A DNA stretch of 64,000 nucleotides. It comes from Coriobacteriales bacterium. Its GTDB lineage: Bacteria; Actinomycetota; Coriobacteriia; Coriobacteriales; UMGS124. The notes beneath the pieces are model-generated. The model worked only from the letters and a program-made list of their open reading frames with translations. It was not told the DNA's origin and searched no databases. Where the stretch lies: NCBI GenBank assembly GCA_017515595.1, contig JAFWFL010000093.1:367-64366 (forward strand). The letters are read 5' to 3'. Below, in pieces: positions 57,739 through 64,000 of the stretch (position 1 is the stretch's first letter; each line of letters begins with the position of its first letter). The translations under genes were made by a program, and so were the position numbers.

Positions 57739-59397
57739 ATGAGCATCGAGATGGATCGTCGCGGATTTTTGAAGGGTGTTGCAGCAGCAGGTATCGCAGC
57801 TGGCAGCATGGGCGCAGTATCTGCATTTGCAGACGAAGCAGCACCGGCTCTTGAGCCAACTGAGTTCGTTGACGTTGATATGGTTGTTGTTGGCGCAGGC
57901 GCTGCCGGCTGCTCAGCTGCAGTACGTGCCGCTCAGTTTGGTGTAAAGGTTGCTCTTCTCGAGATGGCTGCTTTTGTTGGCGGAACCACCATCTTCACCG
58001 AGGGCATGACCACCCTCCATTCTCACTTCCACAAGGACAATCCTGCAATTGATATTGCTACCGAGAAAATGGTTAAGATGATTCAGGATTACCATCACTG
58101 GCTGTCCAATGGCCACATTGTTCGCCAGATGCTTGAGCAATCCGCAACCAACCTTGAGTGGCTCGAGTCAATTGGCTTTGAGTTCACCGAGCCTCAGACC
58201 ATGTGCGGTAATACCTATCACACCTGGACCATGTACAAGAAAGAGAATGAGAACGACATGAGCGGCGCCCTCTATGTTAAGCACTGGGGCGAGCTTGTTG
58301 ACGACACATTCGCTGACCAAATCCAGGTATTCTACAACACTGAGGGTCTCGAGACCAAGCTCGACGACGAGGGTGCTGTATGCGCTGTTATCGCAAAGAA
58401 CGTCAATGACGGTACCGTAACACAGTTCAACTGCAAGGCTGTTGTATACGCAACCGGCGGTTATGCAGACAACCCCGCACTCTTTAAGGAGCTCGTAGGC
58501 TTTGGTGAGGGCGAGTATCAGTCAAACGGCGCCGGCCATCGCTCAGGCGACGGCATTATCATGGGTCGCGAGTGCGGCGCTAAGCTTTGCCGTTATCCGA
58601 GCGCAACCATGTGGTACGGCGGCTGCCTCCCCGGCATTGTCTATGGCACCGAGCTTTACTGCGCAACCGCATTCCAGCCGCTCCTCTGGGTCAACGAGAA
58701 CGCCGAGCGCTTCATTAACGAGGAATATGCAGAGCATAACTTCTCGTTCAGCGGCAACGGCCACTCAACCCAAAAGCGCGTTGTTTCCATTCTGAGCCAG
58801 GCTCAAATGGACATGTTTGTAAACGAGGGCACCATTTATGGTTGCGGCGCTTACATTTGGGCAGGCAGCAAGCTTGACGGTTCTGTAACCGGCAAGGCAA
58901 TGTGGGATGAGTATCAGGAGCAGCTTGATGCCGGCAACCAGCACATTTACACCGGTGCTACCATTGCCGAGCTTGCCGAGAATGCCGGTCTTGACCCCGT
59001 TGCTCTCCAGCGCACCATTGATGCTTACAATGGTTACTGCGAAGCCGGCGTTGACGGCGACTTTGACAAGCCTGCTATTTACCTGTACCCGCTTCCTGAA
59101 GAGGACGGCCCGTTCTACGGCTTTGACCTGGTACCCGGCGTATTCACAACCGTTGGCGGCCTGAAGATCAATGACCGCACCCAGTGCCTCGCTGAGGGCG
59201 ACAAGCCCATTATTGGTATGTATGCAGCCGGCTGCGATGCCGGTGGCCTTGAGGGCGACTCTTACGACGTTGCTATTTGCGAAGGCTCCAAGCAGTGCTG
59301 GTGCGCATACTCCGGCAAGCTCGCTGCCGAGCATGCTGCAGCCACCATCTTTGGCAAGGAAGTAGCCGACGAGTTCGCAAATCCTGCTACTTGGTAA
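57739..59397 (+). CDS. Tat-exported FAD-dependent oxidoreductase (FrdA-like flavoprotein family), paralog 3
   Basis: Signal MSIEMDRRGFLKGVAAAGIAAGSMGAVSAFA. FAD motif MVVVGAGAAGCSAA. GAAGGGAG Shine-Dalgarno. Confidence 0.9.
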   Translation: MSIEMDRRGFLKGVAAAGIAAGSMGAVSAFADEAAPALEPTEFVDVDMVVVGAGAAGCSAAVRAAQFGVKVALLEMAAFVGGTTIFTEGMTTLHSHFHKDNPAIDIATEKMVKMIQDYHHWLSNGHIVRQMLEQSATNLEWLESIGFEFTEPQTMCGNTYHTWTMYKKENENDMSGALYVKHWGELVDDTFADQIQVFYNTEGLETKLDDEGAVCAVIAKNVNDGTVTQFNCKAVVYATGGYADNPALFKELVGFGEGEYQSNGAGHRSGDGIIMGRECGAKLCRYPSATMWYGGCLPGIVYGTELYCATAFQPLLWVNENAERFINEEYAEHNFSFSGNGHSTQKRVVSILSQAQMDMFVNEGTIYGCGAYIWAGSKLDGSVTGKAMWDEYQEQLDAGNQHIYTGATIAELAENAGLDPVALQRTIDAYNGYCEAGVDGDFDKPAIYLYPLPEEDGPFYGFDLVPGVFTTVGGLKINDRTQCLAEGDKPIIGMYAAGCDAGGLEGDSYDVAICEGSKQCWCAYSGKLAAEHAAATIFGKEVADEFANPATW

Positions 59398-59468
59398 GCA
59401 TCTCAACAGACAGAGTGGGTATGATCTGCTCTGTTCATGATTGTCCTGCGTTATTAAGGTGAAATCAT

Positions 59469-59502
59469 AAAGCGGTGGCCGGGTTTTCTCGGTCACCGCT
59501 TT
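59469..59502 (+). terminator. rho-independent terminator
   Basis: AAAGCGGTGGCC / GGTCACCGCTTT stem followed by a T-rich ATTAT. Confidence 0.55.
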
Positions 59503-59541
59503 ATTATGCTTAGCAATAGGCAAAACTCGCACTTTTTTGTT

Positions 59542-60231
59542 ATGAAAGAAGCTTGTATGGAAACAACCGTTCCGGATACCCCTTGTACTGCCGATAACCA
59601 AGATGCAGCCCTGCTTACCAATATTGGGTTTATTGGCCAGGTTTTGAGTGTCTTCTTTTTGTTTGATCCTCAGCAAAGTACCGCTCATGAAGCATATGAT
59701 GCTCTCGAGACACTCGATGTGCAGGAAGCGGCAGCCGGATGGCCTTTTGTGGACGAGACGTATGCTCAAGAATGTTTAGCCCTTATGAAGGATAGCCTGA
59801 AAGGTGGCAAACAAAGTATTGGCGATGAATACCGCAGACTCTTTGTGGGCCCCTTTAAAAAAGCCGCTCCGCTCTGGGGCTCGGTTTATACAGATAAATA
59901 CTGTTCAGTATTTGGAGAATCAACCCTTGCATTGCTCGATTGGATGCAAACAAACGGTATTCAACGCATGTGTGAAGGAGAAGCTGATCCTGATGACCAC
60001 TTTGGCGTGCTCCTTGCTATGCTTCCCATGCTTGTTTCACAAAAACCTGAGCTCGTAAAAGAATTCCTGCAGGAGCATGTGCTTACCTGGTCTTCTCATT
60101 TTCTTGATGCAATACTGAGAGAAACAACCCAGCCCTTCTTTATTGGACTTGCCCGCCTTACCAAAGCAAGCCTTGAAAGAGCACAAGACGCGTTGAGCAT
60201 TAAGGTAACCTACCCCGCATTTTGCCGGTAG
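59542..60231 (+). CDS. TorD/DmsD-like chaperone family protein
   Basis: EYRRLFVGPFKKAAPLWGSVY and DPDDHFGVLLAMLPML match the conserved TorD-family segments. The start is uncertain (ATG 59542 or 59557). Confidence 0.65.
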   Translation: MKEACMETTVPDTPCTADNQDAALLTNIGFIGQVLSVFFLFDPQQSTAHEAYDALETLDVQEAAAGWPFVDETYAQECLALMKDSLKGGKQSIGDEYRRLFVGPFKKAAPLWGSVYTDKYCSVFGESTLALLDWMQTNGIQRMCEGEADPDDHFGVLLAMLPMLVSQKPELVKEFLQEHVLTWSSHFLDAILRETTQPFFIGLARLTKASLERAQDALSIKVTYPAFCR

Positions 60232-60270
60232 GATGATACCTTGCATGATAAGGAGGTTTAGCTGGTCAAT

Positions 60271-61677
60271 ATGAGAGGATTCCGTTTCTCCACAGTTCCC
60301 GGTTGGGCGTGGTGTCTTATAGCTTTGTCATGTATGCTCTCAGGCGGCGGACTCCAAATGTCATGCTTAAAGAGTATATATATAGATGCTTTACCATGGG
60401 TAGGTACACTTTTTGCTCTTATTAATATTGTCTTTTTGATTGTGCTTCTCTGGATCGCTTTTTGGAAACCTGCGCTCTTGCCTACCAAAGCACTCTTTGT
60501 TTTTGTAGTGCTAGGAGCAGTCATTGGTCAACCGCTCCAGTTATACGGAATACTCAATGCCAGTATGGTCCCTCTTATGATTGGGGGTTTGCTGGCATCA
60601 ACTTCCGGCATGCTGGGTTCTGTTTTGATCTATGTTGCTTTAACATCGCTTGAACTCCGGAATGCGGGACTCATTATTGTTGCAAGTTATTTGGTTTGCG
60701 AAATAGTAAAAGCATTGTTTTCACAGTTTGCCTCTATAGAAGCATCGCTCGCCGTTATGCTGTTTATGCAGATAACAGCTCCAATTTACATTTTTGGAAT
60801 TGCAAAACCTATCTTGGAACACGCTCAAAACAGCGAAGCGCCTGCATTCCAGCGACTCACAGATCCATCATCTGCAATTTCTTTACTCAGCCCGTTGTTT
60901 ATCTCTATTTTTGCTTTTCCCCTCGTATTTGTATACGCGTTTTCGCACCCGGATTATCATGCTTCATTAACCAATGCAGCACCGGTGCTGTTCTTCCTGC
61001 TGCTTCTCATTATTGCAATAAAGAAGAAAACACCCCTCAGTATTGACCGGCTGTTTTCTTTCTCGGCATTTTGTACCATAGCAGGATGTCTCGCCCTCAA
61101 TACCATGCCCTTCCCGGATTTCTCCGTTGCCTCGGCCCTGCTCAATGTAGGTAACAACTGCTTTAAAATTACGTGGGTATTAGTGCTTGTTCTCCTGTGC
61201 CAACGCAATGCTATTAACAGTTTTGGCATTTTAACATGGGGTGTTGTCCTCAATTTGATGGGCGATTTGACCGGCATGCTTTTGGGAAACGCGACACATC
61301 ATGCACCTGAGGCATCTTTCTTTATAATTTCAACTTTTGTTCTATTCTTAGCGTTCGCGGCATTCCGTTCGAATCTCTCGGCCATTATTCAGCAGGTCAC
61401 AGAACCCATAGCGGTACATGTTCCTGTCAAAGAAACAGCCTCGGTTGAACAGCGCGTTTCATTTCTCGCTAAAAAACACTCTCTTACCTCAAGGGAAGAA
61501 GAGGTTTTGTCTTTACTCGCCCGAGGCCGCAATGCCGCCATCATTCAAAAAGAGCTTCAAATCTCCTACAATACCGCCCGTGTTCATATATCTCACATCT
61601 ATGAAAAACTCGACATCCACAGCCATCAGGAGCTTATTGATCTTGTTGATGCAAGCGATGCCATGCTTTCTCAATAA
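60271..61677 (+). CDS. polytopic-membrane LuxR-family transcriptional regulator (second copy)
   Basis: About 10 hydrophobic helices plus a C-terminal LuxR HTH (LTSREEEVLSLLARGRNAAIIQKELQISYNTARVHISHIYEKLDI). Confidence 0.8.
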   Translation: MRGFRFSTVPGWAWCLIALSCMLSGGGLQMSCLKSIYIDALPWVGTLFALINIVFLIVLLWIAFWKPALLPTKALFVFVVLGAVIGQPLQLYGILNASMVPLMIGGLLASTSGMLGSVLIYVALTSLELRNAGLIIVASYLVCEIVKALFSQFASIEASLAVMLFMQITAPIYIFGIAKPILEHAQNSEAPAFQRLTDPSSAISLLSPLFISIFAFPLVFVYAFSHPDYHASLTNAAPVLFFLLLLIIAIKKKTPLSIDRLFSFSAFCTIAGCLALNTMPFPDFSVASALLNVGNNCFKITWVLVLVLLCQRNAINSFGILTWGVVLNLMGDLTGMLLGNATHHAPEASFFIISTFVLFLAFAAFRSNLSAIIQQVTEPIAVHVPVKETASVEQRVSFLAKKHSLTSREEEVLSLLARGRNAAIIQKELQISYNTARVHISHIYEKLDIHSHQELIDLVDASDAMLSQ

Positions 61678-61777
61678 GAATCAGAATCACCCTTGCAAAA
61701 TCCCAAAAATCCTATAGTCTTATACAAGTGCCAAAAAACTTGGTACATTAGTAATGTTTTGAGAAAGGGAGTTTCAA

Positions 61778-63358
61778 ATGAGTGATTTGACCAGGAGAAG
61801 TTTTGTTGGTCTTGCAACCGCTACAGCAGCCGGTGTTATGGCTACTTCTGCTCTCGCTTCAGAAGCAGCTGCTCCTGAAGCAGCTGAGACGCTTGAGACT
61901 GAGGTTCTCGTTGTAGGTATTGGTGCATCAGGCTTCCAGTGCGCTCTTGGCGCCGCAAAGCTCGGTGCAAAAGTTCTCGCAATTGACCTCGCCGAGAGCA
62001 TGGTTGGCACCACAAACATCACAACCTCCGGCTACCTTTGCGTTGGCGACAAGCTTCAGCTTGAGCAGCCGTTCCACTTTGAGATCCCCGAGATCTATAC
62101 CCTTATTAACCAGCTTTCGAATTACTGCTTTAACACCCAGGTTCTGAAGGCCCTCCTTGAGGCTTCTTCTCGTTCATCCAACAACATGATTGACGCCGGC
62201 GTTACCGTAGGTGTTGTTGAGCTTCCCGAGCGCATCGAGCTCACCGGTCCAACACTTGGTCAAAGGTGTGGCCATCCTTACAAGATCTCTGGCCAGGAGC
62301 GCGCTGATTGCTTTGAGAACGCTCTTCTCGCAGCCGGCGTTGAGATTCGCTATGGCATTGAGGCTAAGGAACTGATCTGGGAAGGCGACGAAATCAAGGG
62401 CGTCCGCTGCGAAGCTGACGGCGCTATTGTTGACATCATGGCCGGCGCTATCTGCCTCTGCACCGGTGGCTTCCTCGGCAATGAAGAAATGGTTGCCAAG
62501 TACTTCGCCGGTTCCCGCATTGTTCCCATGGGCAACAAGAACTGCAAGGGTGCAGGCATTAACATGGCCCTCTCGGCAGGCGCACAAATGGGCAAGTCCT
62601 TCTCACTGAGCTCCAACGAGTACGGTGGCGCAAACTTCCTCGCCAGCCCCACATTCGCCTTTAGGCCCGGCACCGGCTCCAACGAGGCCCTCCGCTTCAT
62701 CCTTCTTGGCAGCATCCTTGTTGACAGCATGGGCGACCGCTTTGTAAGCGAGCAGATCGCTAACAAAGAAGCCATGCACTGCGCCGAGCCCTTCATTCGC
62801 GCTAAGACCTACTACACCGTTGTTGACCAGGACTTCATTGACTACGTCAGCGTTACCCCGCTTGGCCAGATCATGGGCGACGGCCGCATGAAGACCATGT
62901 TCGCAGAAGTTATTGCCGAGAATATCGAAGAAGACTTTGACGAAGCCATCGCCGAGGGCTGGGCAGCCAAGGCCGATACCATCGCCGAGCTCGCAGAAGC
63001 CTTTAACCTTCCCAATCTTGAGGCAACCGTTGAGCAGTACAACCAGTACTGCGACGAGGGCTATGACGCTCTGTTCTACAACGATCCCGAGTTTATGCAC
63101 AAGCTTCAGACCCCGCCGTTCTACATTGTTCAGTCCTTCCCCGCAGGCTGGCTGTCTCTGGGCGGCGTAAAGTGCGACGCTAAGTGCCATGCACTCGACC
63201 CCGACAACAGGCCTATTGACAAGCTTTACATCGCCGGTGCAGACGCAGACCTCTTCTGCGCACCTTACATCGCCGGCGGCAGCGCCAACGGCTTCGCACA
63301 GGCTTCAGGTCTCATTGCCGGCGAATCTGCCGCTATGGCCCTTGGTTACGGCGCATAA
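61778..63358 (+). CDS. Tat-exported FAD-dependent oxidoreductase (FrdA-like flavoprotein family), paralog 4
   Basis: Signal MSDLTRRSFVGLATATAAGVMATSALASEA. FAD motif VLVVGIGASGFQCA. AAGGGAG Shine-Dalgarno. Confidence 0.9.
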   Translation: MSDLTRRSFVGLATATAAGVMATSALASEAAAPEAAETLETEVLVVGIGASGFQCALGAAKLGAKVLAIDLAESMVGTTNITTSGYLCVGDKLQLEQPFHFEIPEIYTLINQLSNYCFNTQVLKALLEASSRSSNNMIDAGVTVGVVELPERIELTGPTLGQRCGHPYKISGQERADCFENALLAAGVEIRYGIEAKELIWEGDEIKGVRCEADGAIVDIMAGAICLCTGGFLGNEEMVAKYFAGSRIVPMGNKNCKGAGINMALSAGAQMGKSFSLSSNEYGGANFLASPTFAFRPGTGSNEALRFILLGSILVDSMGDRFVSEQIANKEAMHCAEPFIRAKTYYTVVDQDFIDYVSVTPLGQIMGDGRMKTMFAEVIAENIEEDFDEAIAEGWAAKADTIAELAEAFNLPNLEATVEQYNQYCDEGYDALFYNDPEFMHKLQTPPFYIVQSFPAGWLSLGGVKCDAKCHALDPDNRPIDKLYIAGADADLFCAPYIAGGSANGFAQASGLIAGESAAMALGYGA

Positions 63359-63395
63359 TCAACACATTTGCAATCGTAATTCATAGGAAATTATG

Positions 63396-63432
63396 AATTG
63401 TGCCGGTATCTCCCAGAGATGCCGGCACAATT
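63396..63432 (+). terminator. rho-independent terminator
   Basis: AATTGTGCCGGTATCTC / GAGATGCCGGCACAATT stem followed by GTTATTTT. Confidence 0.7.
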
Positions 63433-63668
63433 GTTATTTTGTATTGGTACTATATTGCCTGTTCGCGGGCATCATACTCGCCAATCATACTTTTTTATGA
63501 TAACAATCATACTCTTTAAGGTATATAGGTCATCCTCGTAAAGTCTAAATTACTCTTCGACAAAAGCACGCGGGCGCTCAAGGTTACGATCCTCTCTCTC
63601 CGCGCATCCTTGAGACATAAACAGCGTTCTACTCTCTCTAACGTTGGGTCCGCAAAGCACATATAAGA

Positions 63669-63704
63669 AAAAGCCCGCTCGTAAACCCTCACGAGCGGGC
63701 TTTT
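63669..63704 (-). terminator. rho-independent terminator of dapA
   Basis: AAAGCCCGCTCGT / ACGAGCGGGCTTT stem with T-runs on both strands. Confidence 0.7.
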
Positions 63705-63734
63705 GGTTTTTCTGGTATCAGGAAAACAGATTGT

Positions 63735-64000
63735 TTAGATGAGACCTGAGGCACGCATGGCGGCTTCGAGCTTCTCTTGTGCTGCGGCGCCGGGTGTAAA
63801 GAGCGGCAAGCGATAAATCGGATCGCAAAGACCCATCATAGCGCATGCTGCCTTAACGGGAATGGGGTTGACCTCAGCAAAGAGGGCATGAATGAGGTCA
63901 AGACCTTCGAGCTGGGCTTTGAGTGCTGCCTCGTAATTACCCTCAAGCCATGCGGCAACCATGTTGTGAACCTCAAGCGGCTGGACATTTGCCCAAACTG
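63735..64000 (-). CDS. dapA: 4-hydroxy-tetrahydrodipicolinate synthase, C-terminal part (5' end outside window)
   Basis: The frame is open to the window edge (…VWANVQPLEVHNMVAAWLEGNYEAALKAQ…NPIPVKAA…). NPIPVK is the conserved DapA C-terminal motif. Confidence 0.8.
   Translation of the reverse strand, partial: VWANVQPLEVHNMVAAWLEGNYEAALKAQLEGLDLIHALFAEVNPIPVKAACAMMGLCDPIYRLPLFTPGAAAQEKLEAAMRASGLI

Noticed and set aside
63471-63514. Three short ATCATACT(C/T) direct repeats in the intergenic region before dapA terminator
   Set aside because: An 8-nt motif occurring three times with irregular spacing in AT-rich DNA is too short to distinguish from chance. No associated gene or structure was found.

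Overview
This window is a chromosomal segment from an anaerobic, menaquinone-using Gram-positive bacterium. The gene content suggests a Coriobacteriia/Eggerthellaceae-like actinobacterium, but that is inference only, since no rRNA or tRNA is present to confirm it.

About half the window is conserved housekeeping:
- nrdDG, menA, tilS-hpt-ftsH, hsp20, mscL
- smpB-rnr-S41 peptidase-ftsXE, split transketolase, prfB, secA
- purMN, dCMP deaminase, dapA

The rest is accessory and falls into six groups:
1. **Respiratory reductase supercluster (46.6-63.4 kb).** It holds a hexahaem cytochrome c divergent from a Tat-exported three-subunit molybdopterin oxidoreductase operon. It also has two TorD-like chaperones, two polytopic-membrane LuxR-type regulators, a NapG/NapH-like quinol-dehydrogenase pair, and two Tat-exported FAD flavoprotein reductases. 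Two more paralogous flavoprotein reductases lie at 3.9 and 12.5 kb.
2. **A previously unclassified nested-palindromic repeat family (3.2-7.9 kb).** There are three copies plus a 25/26-bp satellite array. Two copies form ~360-bp inverted repeats around an AT-rich DUF559-like endonuclease-fold gene.
3. **An AT-rich 1130-aa P-loop/STAND-like protein** with a C-terminal SARP (wHTH+BTAD) module.
4. **A sortase-B / repeat-transglutaminase / unknown-protein cluster.**
5. **An AmmeMemoRadiSam system** at the left edge.
6. **A 149-bp long-hairpin element** immediately after ftsH.

No CRISPR array, rRNA, tRNA, tmRNA or transposase/integrase gene was recognised. All functional calls come from motif reading of the supplied translations, and no database search was possible.
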